A stretch of 27,783 bases of DNA from a candidate division WOR-3 bacterium (lineage in GTDB: Bacteria; Hydrothermota; UBA3072; WFRC01). This document shows, one piece after another, positions 8,100-16,706 of the stretch. The notes under the pieces are model-generated. The model ran no database searches. It had not been told where the DNA came from and saw only the letters and a list, made by a program, of their open reading frames with translations. The stretch spans positions 1 to 27,783 of the forward strand of contig WFRC01000349.1 of the NCBI GenBank assembly GCA_015486685.1, given 5' to 3'. Each line of letters opens with the position of its first letter. Within the stretch, counting starts at the first letter, position 1. Position numbers and translations under genes: made by a program.

Positions 8100-8175
8100 A
8101 GAGTAATTTTTTTCTCTCGGTGGAGGGCTTTTTTCTCCTACCAGATACAAATCAGGAGAACCCTCCACCATTATT
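8100..8175 (+). ncRNA. Candidate small structured RNA (family unassigned)
   Basis: GGTGGAGGG (8119-8127) pairs with CCCTCCACC (8161-8169), TTCTCCT (8133-8139) pairs with AGGAGAA (8154-8160), and GAT/ATC closes an ACAA loop. It lies just downstream of the promoter at 8064-8093. Confidence 0.35.
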
Positions 8176-8230
8176 CTAAAATTCAGGAAAGCCAAAATCC
8201 ATAAAACAGCCGTTGGCAGTTAGCTGAATC

Positions 8231-8715
8231 TGGGTCAAAAAAACTATTTTGTCATTACGAGGAGCAAAACGAGCGAAGAAGCCGAAGATGTGAGAGACCC
8301 AAGCGAATGAACACTCTCATCAGTTCTCTTCTGTCATTCTGAGCCGCAGGCGAAGAATCTCATCCTGTCATATTACCCCTTCAACAACCCTGAAATAAGT
8401 TCAGGATGACATTGTTCAGGGTGATATTACTTATTTCAGCATCTCATTATTACCATAGTGTCACAGAGTCAAGCATCGTCCCCATTTCTTTTCCGATAAT
8501 TCGTGTTTATTTTTTTCGTTTATCCAGTTGGTTTCGTTTTTTACACTCTCAACTTTTACCCCCGTAATTATCGGGGCTGGGAAGCCTCACAATGACATTC
8601 GCAGGCTAAAGCCTTCGCCTACCGATTCCCATTTTTTGGTTTATATCTTTTGTCGTTCTAGGAATTTATAATGTTAATCCTGTTCATCCTGTCAGATAAT
8701 TTTATAATTTGTAAT
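8231..8715. repeat. Intergenic repeat mosaic
   Basis: GTCA-type elements at 8251, 8333-8361 (+), 8387-8411 (-) and 8587-8597 (-, partial). GTAG-type fragments at 8566-8586 (-) and 8599-8622 (-). 8278-8321 is 39/44 identical to 13869-13912. Degenerate 9-mers at 8500-8538. Confidence 0.88.
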
Positions 8716-8787
8716 GTAAAATGAGGGAAAAAACGAATTTTGTTCTACCCTGTGTCTGAATTTTCCCAACAATCCTTAAAAAATTAC

Positions 8788-8815
8788 TTGCAATTTCCCT
8801 GCAAAAGTATATATT
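8788..8815 (+). promoter_or_regulatory. Candidate sigma70 promoter of tadA, possibly leaderless
   Basis: TTGCAA at 8788-8793, 16-nt spacer, TATATT at 8810-8815. The second in-frame ATG (8823) is 7 nt downstream and no SD is visible. Confidence 0.55.
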
Positions 8816-8816
8816 T

Positions 8817-9275
8817 ATGAAAATGGATGATACAAGATGGATGCAGATAGCTCTAAAAGAGGCTGAGAAGGCATACCGAGAAAAAGAGGTACCCGTAGGG
8901 GCAATAATCGTACTTGACGATGAAATTATAGGTAGAGGTTATAACAGGGTTGAAGCACTGCAAGACCCCACTGCACATGCCGAAATCATAGCAATATCCT
9001 CAGCAGTAAATAAGATGGGGAACTGGCGTTTAAGTGGTGCTACTCTTTATTCTACTATTGAACCTTGCTTAATGTGTGCAGGTGCAATAATCTTATCAAG
9101 AATTAAAAAAGTGGTATTTGGGGCAAGAGATAAAAAATTCGGTGCATTTGGTTCTATTCTGGATATAACAAAATATAAATGGAATCATAAAATTGTTGTC
9201 GTTCCAGATATTTTAGGCAATGAATCGGCAACACTAATGAAAAAGTTTTTTGCAGAAAAAAGAAGAAAAAGATAG
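8817..9275 (+). CDS. tadA: tRNA adenosine(34) deaminase; true start may be 8823
   Basis: EVPVGA, HAE and PCLMC zinc-deaminase motifs, VVFGARD and C-terminal FF..KR. Confidence 0.92.
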   Translation: MKMDDTRWMQIALKEAEKAYREKEVPVGAIIVLDDEIIGRGYNRVEALQDPTAHAEIIAISSAVNKMGNWRLSGATLYSTIEPCLMCAGAIILSRIKKVVFGARDKKFGAFGSILDITKYKWNHKIVVVPDILGNESATLMKKFFAEKRRKR

Positions 9276-9512
9276 GTTAAGGTAGAAAAAGATTGGTTAA
9301 TTTGCCTTCGGCGTTATTACGCTTCGCTGTGTATTTGCCTGCGGTGTTATTTATTGCAAATAAGATTTTTGGTAATGGGTAATAGGAAGTTGAGAGTTGA
9401 GATACTGAAACCAGTTCAGCATGACAGAAAAGAACCAGATAAACGAAACAAACGAGAAAAACGAAATAAACGAAACAGACCAAATAGACGAAACCAACGA
9501 GATTAACGGTTT
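9276..9512. repeat. Repeat mosaic between tadA and tRNA-Ser
   Basis: 19-nt direct repeat (9300-9318 / 9333-9351, 17/19 identical), 7-mer run at about 9371-9400, GTCA-type palindrome at 9399-9426 (-), and eight 9-nt units (AACGAAAYA-like) at 9433-9504. Confidence 0.88.
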
Positions 9513-9515
9513 GAT

Positions 9516-9600
9516 GGAGGGATGGCCGAGTGGTTGAAGGCGCACGACTCGAAATCGTGTTTCCCTCAGGGGAACGGGGGTTCAAATCCCTCTCCCTCCG
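9516..9600 (+). tRNA. tRNA-Ser(CGA), CCA not encoded
   Basis: Acceptor stem GGAGGGA/TCCCTCC with discriminator G, anticodon arm CACGA-CTCGAAA-TCGTG, long variable arm TTCCC-TCAG-GGGAA, T-loop TTCAAAT. Followed by AAAAAC. Confidence 0.97.
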
Positions 9601-9628
9601 AAAAACTAACTAAAACAAAAGGAGAAAA

Positions 9629-12600
9629 ATGCTTTTTTTATCATTATTATTCGCTTTTGATGCACCATTTTCGATCCCCGAACTAAAAAAATTGGGGAAT
9701 GAAATTGGACAAAGTGCACACAAAAAAACAATAGAAATCTTAAAAAAACATCCGGAATATAGAAAATATTTCTGGAGACCTGCAAAAAAGCCTTTTAAGA
9801 TTTCCAAAAAAAATCTTAAATTGATGGAACCTGAAACCCTGAATGTGCTTGTTTTAAGGGTACAGTTCTTGCTTGATGATTCAACTGACCCGCTGGATAG
9901 TCTGACAACAGGGAATGGAAAAATGCAGTATACACCGCAAGGGCATCCTTGCGATACAGTTGTAGATTCTACTACGGGAGATACATCATACACAAGGAGT
10001 TTGTATTATGACCCGCCTCACGATTCACTGTATTTCCACCATTTAATGGAATACCTTCATAATTATTACTGGGAGGTCTCTCACCACCTGCTTTATATCA
10101 AGTATAAAATTTATCCGGAAGGGGCTGAAACGGCATATACTGTTCCGCATAAAGCAAGTTATTACGGAAATCCCAATATGTGGACTTTTGGATTATTTAG
10201 TATATTAAAAGATGCCATTCAGGTAGCAGACCAGGACCCTGTGAATATTGATTTTTCTGATTTTGACAGGGTGATTCTATTCCATGCAGGTTCAATGTGG
10301 CAAACAGATGTAGCAGGCAATACCCCCTATGATTTACCTGCTGTTTATATAGAAGGGGCAGATGAAATATTTGGCGAACCCATTTATGCAAATAACAGAA
10401 CAGATTCGATAAACTCCGGTGTAATATATGCTGAAACAGCATTTCAGGATGGTTATCCTGCCTTTCTTCAGGGTGGATTGTGCCACGAATTTGGGCATAC
10501 ATTGGGGTTTTTGGATTTGTATGATGTATCAGGTGAATCAATGGGTATGGGAGGATGGGCAATAATGGGAACTGGAAACTGGAATATGGATGGACTCGTG
10601 CCTCCAAGGGCATCAGGATGGCATAGATTACTTGTCGGTTTTGATGATACTCTAGTCATAAATCATGACACAACAGGTGTAAAAATTCACTGGACAGGCT
10701 CTTCAAATACACCAAGATTAATAAAAATTCCTATTAACGCACATGAGTATTTTCTCATTGAAAACAGGTATACATATATGAATTCTGACACTGTCAGAGA
10801 TTTTGACCCCTGTCAATCCTGTGGGGTAGATTCCAATGGATTCAGGGTATGGAAGGACAATGTTCTGACAAAGGTTAATGACTATGAAGTTTCATTACCC
10901 CCTGACCCAAATAGTGGTGGACTTGCAATCTATCATATTGATGACAATAAGATTGCCAGAGACGATACATTTAATATGATAAATGCAGGTTATCCAAAAG
11001 GTGTCGCGATGGAAGAGGCTGATGGTATTCAAGATTTTCAAAGACCATTTAGTGAAGGTATATATAGCAATAAAGAATTATGGGAAACATTTTACGGAAG
11101 CCCCTATGATGTATTTTCAAGTTATGGTAGATTGGATTCATTTACAGAATCTTCCCGACCGAATACAGATGATAATGACTCAGGAAAAACTTATATAGCC
11201 ATTACAAATATTAGTCATCCAGGAGAAATAATGCATTTTGATGTCCACTTTCGCAACAGGATAACGGGCTTTCCTGTTTATGTTGACCATCCCAGCGATG
11301 TGATTTCACCAATGCCTGTTCACATTGGAGATTCGTTATATATACTTCAGGGCACATATTATGGGGATTTATTTCTCATTTCTCCTGATGGCGAAAGACC
11401 ATATTTTGGGAAAATAGACAATAATACATATTCAACACCTGCAATAGGAGACCTGGATGGAAATGGAACAGATGAAGTTGCATCCGCAGATTTGAACGGT
11501 ATTGTTTATGCATGGGAATTAGACAGTACACATCAAAAATTGGCAGAATATCAAACAAATGGTCCTATATATGGAAGTCCATCTATCGCCGACATTGATA
11601 ATGATGGTAAGGCTGAAATTCTGGTAGGTACCGATGATAATTATCTATATGCACTTTCTTTGCCAGATACCGGAACACATAGAACACTCGTCGCAAAACC
11701 AGGCTTTCCTGTTTATCTGGGCCAATCTATATGGAGTGTCCCTCTTTTTTATAAGGGTTATATCTATGCCCTTACCGCTGATGGCACTGTCTATAAGATT
11801 TCACCCACAGGAAAAATAATATGGAGAAGGGGTAAAGAAAATCTTGCATTTACTACCTCATCGCCTGTGATTGGTGATATTGATAGAGATGGCACAGATG
11901 AAATTATGTATATCACTGGCGGAGGCAAAGTATGGTGTATATCCACAAAAGATTCTGTATCGGATTCAATTAAATGGGTATACCAGATGCAAGACACAAC
12001 ATTTGTTTCTTCTCCTGCACTTGGTGATATAGATGGAGACGGCTATCCTGATATTGTTTTTGCGGGAAAAGATAAAATTTATGCCCTGAATAAAAATGGT
12101 GTATTACTGGATAATTTCCCTGTGGATATGAAATTTGGAGACTGGATTCAATCCTCCATTGTGCTTGCAGACTTAAATGATGATGGAAAAGAGGATATAA
12201 TATTTGGGAGCCCTGTGGCAGGTGTACATATTCTGAATTATCAGGGAAAAGATATTGACCTCTCCCCTATTTCTACAGGTGCAACAGTTTGGGCAACTCC
12301 GCTTATCTATGATTTGAACAATGATAGTAATACCACAGAAATCCTATTTGGCGCCGAAGATTCAATGATTTATGGATATAAATTTATCAGCAAAATTAAA
12401 AGCAACTGGCAAATGGAGTTTAAAAATCCTGCTCACCAGATGATATATTCCGACAGTCTGCTGCCTCCGTCGCAAACACCTGACACACTCTTTTACCATA
12501 GAAAATTTTATATATACCCGAGCCCCATAACGAAAAATTCCGCAACAATCAGGTATTATCTGGGGGATAAAGCAAAATCTGTAAAGATTAAAATATTTAA

Positions 12601-12781
12601 TATTGCAGGCGATTTAATAAAGGATATGGATGGCACTACTGAAAACGGAGATAATGACAATTCCGTTGATTTTACAAATATTGCTAATGGGGTTTACATA
12701 TTAACCATTAATGTAAAATTCACAAATGGAAAAATTATCCAGGATAAAAAAAGATTCGCCATTATGAAAGGAGGTTTTTAA
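9629..12781 (+). CDS. Secreted M6 (immune inhibitor A-like) metalloprotease with FG-GAP repeats and a T9SS/FlgD-Ig-like C-terminal domain
   Basis: HEFGH zinc motif with LDLYD and Met-turn IMGTGNW. About six S.P.(I/L)GD(I/L)D.DG repeats. C-terminal YIYPSP...IKIFNIAG...NGVY. SD AAGGAG at 9619-9624. Confidence 0.85.
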   Translation: MLFLSLLFAFDAPFSIPELKKLGNEIGQSAHKKTIEILKKHPEYRKYFWRPAKKPFKISKKNLKLMEPETLNVLVLRVQFLLDDSTDPLDSLTTGNGKMQYTPQGHPCDTVVDSTTGDTSYTRSLYYDPPHDSLYFHHLMEYLHNYYWEVSHHLLYIKYKIYPEGAETAYTVPHKASYYGNPNMWTFGLFSILKDAIQVADQDPVNIDFSDFDRVILFHAGSMWQTDVAGNTPYDLPAVYIEGADEIFGEPIYANNRTDSINSGVIYAETAFQDGYPAFLQGGLCHEFGHTLGFLDLYDVSGESMGMGGWAIMGTGNWNMDGLVPPRASGWHRLLVGFDDTLVINHDTTGVKIHWTGSSNTPRLIKIPINAHEYFLIENRYTYMNSDTVRDFDPCQSCGVDSNGFRVWKDNVLTKVNDYEVSLPPDPNSGGLAIYHIDDNKIARDDTFNMINAGYPKGVAMEEADGIQDFQRPFSEGIYSNKELWETFYGSPYDVFSSYGRLDSFTESSRPNTDDNDSGKTYIAITNISHPGEIMHFDVHFRNRITGFPVYVDHPSDVISPMPVHIGDSLYILQGTYYGDLFLISPDGERPYFGKIDNNTYSTPAIGDLDGNGTDEVASADLNGIVYAWELDSTHQKLAEYQTNGPIYGSPSIADIDNDGKAEILVGTDDNYLYALSLPDTGTHRTLVAKPGFPVYLGQSIWSVPLFYKGYIYALTADGTVYKISPTGKIIWRRGKENLAFTTSSPVIGDIDRDGTDEIMYITGGGKVWCISTKDSVSDSIKWVYQMQDTTFVSSPALGDIDGDGYPDIVFAGKDKIYALNKNGVLLDNFPVDMKFGDWIQSSIVLADLNDDGKEDIIFGSPVAGVHILNYQGKDIDLSPISTGATVWATPLIYDLNNDSNTTEILFGAEDSMIYGYKFISKIKSNWQMEFKNPAHQMIYSDSLLPPSQTPDTLFYHRKFYIYPSPITKNSATIRYYLGDKAKSVKIKIFNIAGDLIKDMDGTTENGDNDNSVDFTNIANGVYILTINVKFTNGKIIQDKKRFAIMKGGF

Positions 12782-12782
12782 G

Positions 12783-13388
12783 ATGATAGGTATACTATTT
12801 ATTTTTTCCAGTCTCACTCAACCACAGACGATTGTATATTCAGCGGTCTTACCCGGAAGTGCAGACTTAATAAACGGACAAAAGGTTAAGGGTGTTATAC
12901 ACCTTACGGCTGAAGGTATTATCTGGGGAGGTGCAATGTGGTATAACTGGAATGCAGGAAAGGTAAAACAATCATATCGTGCCTATGCATATCTCAAGGC
13001 TGGCGCATCTCCCAAAAGAGAAGATGAAGAATATCTCAATGCTGTTGAAAGATACAGAACTGCAAAGGAATATAATGATTATATAGAAAATACCGCAAGG
13101 GATTTATACGGTGATGATTTAGCCCAAAGGGATGCATATATTCAAAAACATTCAATACCTCCTGATGAGGCATGGGAATGGAAAGATGACAGCACATTTA
13201 ACGAATATATCAATTTAAGAAAATCAGAGAGATTTGATAAACATATGGTAGTAAATACATTTGGTCTGGCAGTTTTTAATAGAATTATTGCGGTATTTAG
13301 TAATGCTATAATTAAGAAAAAAAATGTAGATATGGGAATTACACCAATGAATGATGGATATAGATTTGTAGTAAACTGGAAATTTTAG
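12783..13388 (+). CDS. Hypothetical envelope protein (DUF5683-like SAVLPG motif; C-terminal aromatic beta-strand)
   Basis: SD AGGAGGT at 12769-12775, hydrophobic N-terminus, SAVLPGSADLINGQKVKG, ends YRFVVNWKF. Confidence 0.6.
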   Translation: MIGILFIFSSLTQPQTIVYSAVLPGSADLINGQKVKGVIHLTAEGIIWGGAMWYNWNAGKVKQSYRAYAYLKAGASPKREDEEYLNAVERYRTAKEYNDYIENTARDLYGDDLAQRDAYIQKHSIPPDEAWEWKDDSTFNEYINLRKSERFDKHMVVNTFGLAVFNRIIAVFSNAIIKKKNVDMGITPMNDGYRFVVNWKF

Positions 13389-14010
13389 CTAATGGGGGAC
13401 GGCCCTTCTGAAAGTTAAGAGGAAACTATCCCACCCATCCTGTGAGATTGCTTCGGGACTTCGTCCCTCGCAATGACGGTCAATGCACACCATACTTCCA
13501 GATGAACTGAGAAGTGGGAAATAATAAAAACCGTGTTTCGTGACCGTGTCCCGTGTTCACTTTTTTTGTCTCTTTCGTTTTTCACGAATTACCACCACGA
13601 ACACGTTTGTTGTTTCTTTTATTTTTTTCGTTCCTCTCGTCATTTTCATTTTTTGCCACAGACCCTCGGCTGTCTTTTTGAGACCCTTCGCTCAACTCAG
13701 GGTGACAAAAAAGCGTGTCATTGTGAGGGACGAAGTCCCGTGGCAATCTCATTTGTCTTCTCTTTTCCCTATATACTCGCTACTCATACCTCGCTACTGC
13801 TTTTTCCACTCATCTGCTCATTCACTTCTCACTTCTCCGTGTCATTGCGAGCGACCAACGGGAGCGTGGAAGCCGAAGGCGTGAGTGAGCGAAGCGAATG
13901 AACACTCTCATCTTCTTCCCATTACCTCTTGCCTCTTACCCCTGACCTTTTTTCAACTAAGCACCACGCACGAAGCACAAAAGCACTATTCCTCATTTAC
14001 CTATTCACTC
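13389..14010. repeat. Intergenic repeat mosaic
   Basis: Inverted GTCA-type pair at 13444-13477 (-) and 13717-13750 (+), 31/34 identical. Further elements at 13682-13707 (-) and 13841-13869 (+). Inverted partial 106-nt block at 13497-13559. 7- and 8-mer runs. Confidence 0.9.
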
Positions 14011-14038
14011 TTGACAATTAGATATTTATACCTATATT
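14011..14038 (+). promoter_or_regulatory. sigma70 promoter of lysS, likely leaderless
   Basis: TTGACA at 14011-14016, 16-nt spacer, TATATT at 14033-14038, 6 nt, then ATG at 14045. No SD. Confidence 0.7.
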
Positions 14039-14044
14039 CTCGGT

Positions 14045-15502
14045 ATGAGTGAAAGAGAATTAGACCAGATAAAATCAAGGGAAAACAAATTAAACGAATT
14101 GAAGAAGAAGGGGATAAATCCTTATCCATATCAATATGAGAGAACCCATTATTCATCGGTTATCAGGAAAAATCTGGATAATCTGATTGAATCGTCTGTA
14201 AGTATATGTGGAAGGCTCATATCAAAAAGGATTCATGGTAAAGCAGGATTTGCCGATATAAGGGATGAATTCGATAAAATCCAGGTCTATTTTAAGTATG
14301 ATACACTAAAAGAAAATTATGAACTGGTAAGTTTGATTGATGTCGGGGATTTCATCGGAGTTTCGGGAAAGGTATTCAAAACAAAAACGGGTGAACCAAC
14401 TATATGGGTAGAAAAACTTACTATGCTTTCCAAATCTATCCACCCTTTGCCTGAGAAATGGCACGGTTTACAGGATATAGAGGCAAGGTATAGATATAGG
14501 TACCTGGATTTATTGATGAATCAAGCGGTAAAAGAAATTTTCAGAAAAAGGACTAAAATTATCCATCTTATAAGGGCATTTTTTGACAAAATGGGCTTTC
14601 TTGAAGTAGAAACCCCTATCCTGCAAAATGTCTACGGTGGAGCATTCGCAACCCCATTCCTCACCCATCACAAAATGCTTGATATGGAATTTTACCTTCG
14701 CATCTCCGATGAACTTTATCTAAAACGACTCATAATTGGGGGATATGAAAGGGTATATGAAATGGGAAAGGATTTCCGAAATGAAGGATTGGACAGATTC
14801 CATAATCCGGAATTCACTATGCTCGAGGCATATATGGCTTATGCAGATTATACAGATGTAATGACACTTGTAGAGAATCTATTTCTGGAACTCGCAAAAG
14901 CATTAAACGATGGGAATGAATCCATTGATTATCAAAATAATAAAATCTCATTCTCTCTCCCATGGAAAAGGATAGGATATTTTGATGCAATAAAAGAAAA
15001 AACAGGGATTGACTTTATTCAGATGGACTTTGGAGAAGCATCCTCTGCCGCATCAAAATTGGGCATAGATGTAAAGAATAAATTTTCTCGTGGTAAGATA
15101 CTGGATGCGGTTTTCAGTAAATTTGTCGAACCCAGCATAATTCAACCCACATTCGTAATGGATTATCCGAAGGATATATCTCCCCTCACAAAGGAAAAGA
15201 GGGAAAATCCTGAACTTGTTGAAAGATTTGAGCCTTTTATTGCAGGTATGGAAGTCGGAAACGCATATAGTGAACTTAATGACCCTTCTGAGCAGGAGAA
15301 AAGATTCTTAGAACAGCAAAAATTGAGGGAAAGGGGTGAGCAAGAGGCACAGGCATTTGATAAAGATTTTCTCGAGGCGATGCGATACGGGATGCCTCCA
15401 TTGGGCGGATTAGGATTGGGTATAGATAGGATAGTAATGATTTTTGTAAATGCCTCATCTATAAGAGATGTGATATTTTTCCCCCAGATGAAAAATGTTT
15501 GA
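14045..15502 (+). CDS. lysS: Lysine--tRNA ligase (class II)
   Basis: OB-fold N-terminus, RYRYRYLDL, EVETPIL, LYLKRLIIGG, FRNEG, HNPEFT and YGMPPLGGLGLGIDR. Confidence 0.98.
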   Translation: MSERELDQIKSRENKLNELKKKGINPYPYQYERTHYSSVIRKNLDNLIESSVSICGRLISKRIHGKAGFADIRDEFDKIQVYFKYDTLKENYELVSLIDVGDFIGVSGKVFKTKTGEPTIWVEKLTMLSKSIHPLPEKWHGLQDIEARYRYRYLDLLMNQAVKEIFRKRTKIIHLIRAFFDKMGFLEVETPILQNVYGGAFATPFLTHHKMLDMEFYLRISDELYLKRLIIGGYERVYEMGKDFRNEGLDRFHNPEFTMLEAYMAYADYTDVMTLVENLFLELAKALNDGNESIDYQNNKISFSLPWKRIGYFDAIKEKTGIDFIQMDFGEASSAASKLGIDVKNKFSRGKILDAVFSKFVEPSIIQPTFVMDYPKDISPLTKEKRENPELVERFEPFIAGMEVGNAYSELNDPSEQEKRFLEQQKLRERGEQEAQAFDKDFLEAMRYGMPPLGGLGLGIDRIVMIFVNASSIRDVIFFPQMKNV

Positions 15503-16706
15503 GTTTCTGATTGCCAAAAGGTATCTAAGACCCAAAAAAGGCAATATCTTTAAATCACTTATCACAATCTTTTCCATCGGTGGAGTTGCTATTGGTGTTG
15601 CTGCCCTACTAATTGTTCTATCGGTAATGAATGGATTTAAGAAGGATCTAATGAACAAGATTCTCGGAGTAAACGCACACCTGATGCTATTGAAATTCTA
15701 CAATGAACCCATTGAACGCCCTGATACACTTATATCTGAATTGACATCCAAAATAACGGAATTGAAAGGTGCTTCTCCGTTTATCTATACAAAAATGCTT
15801 ATTAAACACAATAGTTATGTAGATGGTATAGTTGTAAGAGGGGTTGACCAATCCACGCTACCGCTCGTAAGTAATATAGGCAGCAAAATCACCCTGGGAA
15901 ATTTCAATGTAAAAAATAAGGGTATTGTATTGGGAGTAGACCTCGCTGATAAATTAAGGGCGCATATCGGGGATACAATAACACTTTCTACACCATTTGG
16001 CGGGACAAAAACCCCTTTTGGATATATCCCCCACCTCCAGGACTTTATCCTGAATGGTATCTACGATGCAGGTATGTATGAATACAACAGCGGGCTCGCA
16101 TATATTTCAGTAAAGGATGCACAAAAATTCCTGGGTATAAAAGGCGTTACAGGCATTGAATTTACCGTCAATGATATATATAAGGTAAAAGAAATCGGAG
16201 AAAAAATCATACTCACAGTTGGATATCCATTTAGAACCACAAACTGGATAGAATTAAATCACAGCCTTTTTAGCGCCCTACAATTAGAAAAGGAAACAAT
16301 GTTCATAATCCTTGTGCTTATTATAATTGTAGCCGCATTTAACATTATTAGCATCTTGATAATGATTGTACTGGAAAAAACAAGGGAGATAGGTATCTTA
16401 AAGGCAATAGGTGTAAATAATAAAAGGATTAAGAAAATTTTTATGCTTGAAGGCACGCTTGTAGGATTTATCGGAACAAGTATCGGCGTATTTCTCGGAT
16501 ATATACTTTCCTTTTTATTGAAAAAATATCAGTTTATTTCACTTCCCAGTGATGTATATTTCATAGACAAACTCCCCGTGCATATGCAAATATCCGATTT
16601 TGTGATTGTTGCATTCTCCGCCATTATTATTTCATTCCTTGCGACACTATACCCTGCATCAAAGGCGGCAAATCTTGACCCCGTGGAGGCAATAAGATAT
16701 GAATGA
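15495..16706 (+). CDS. lolE: Lipoprotein-releasing ABC transporter permease LolC/E family
   Basis: LSVMNGF, MacB-like periplasmic domain, REIGILKAIG, YPA.KAA.LDPVEAIRYE, four transmembrane segments. Confidence 0.85.
   Translation: MFEFLIAKRYLRPKKGNIFKSLITIFSIGGVAIGVAALLIVLSVMNGFKKDLMNKILGVNAHLMLLKFYNEPIERPDTLISELTSKITELKGASPFIYTKMLIKHNSYVDGIVVRGVDQSTLPLVSNIGSKITLGNFNVKNKGIVLGVDLADKLRAHIGDTITLSTPFGGTKTPFGYIPHLQDFILNGIYDAGMYEYNSGLAYISVKDAQKFLGIKGVTGIEFTVNDIYKVKEIGEKIILTVGYPFRTTNWIELNHSLFSALQLEKETMFIILVLIIIVAAFNIISILIMIVLEKTREIGILKAIGVNNKRIKKIFMLEGTLVGFIGTSIGVFLGYILSFLLKKYQFISLPSDVYFIDKLPVHMQISDFVIVAFSAIIISFLATLYPASKAANLDPVEAIRYE

Noticed and set aside
8119-8169. Hairpin as SRP RNA, 6S RNA or an intrinsic terminator
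   Set aside because: It lacks the SRP GNRA/internal-loop motif, is too short for 6S, and has no U-tract on either strand.
8233-8239. GGTCAAA as a CtsR box
   Set aside because: It is a single heptamer rather than the tandem repeat, lies more than 9 kb from mcsA, and sits inside a repeat mosaic.
9433-9508. 9-nt periodic arrays (also 21443-21523) as CRISPR arrays
   Set aside because: The units are contiguous, 9 nt and degenerate, with no spacers and no cas genes.
9421-9537. 38-codon ORF MTEKNQINET... made of the 9-mer repeat
   Set aside because: Its ATG comes from a palindromic element, it has no SD, and it runs into the tRNA gene.
9277-9585. Minus-strand ORFs 9277-9585 and 9351-9545
   Set aside because: They are antisense to the tRNA and stay open only because of the 9-mer periodicity.
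9560-9600. tRNA-Ser as an island integration site
   Set aside because: There is no duplicated tRNA 3' end and no integrase in the window. The CTCCCTCC matches at 24779 and 25061 belong to a palindrome family.
13533-13901. ORFs 13533-13901 and 13540-13884
   Set aside because: They lie wholly within the repeat mosaic, have a biased Phe/Ser-rich composition, no SD and no recognisable motif.
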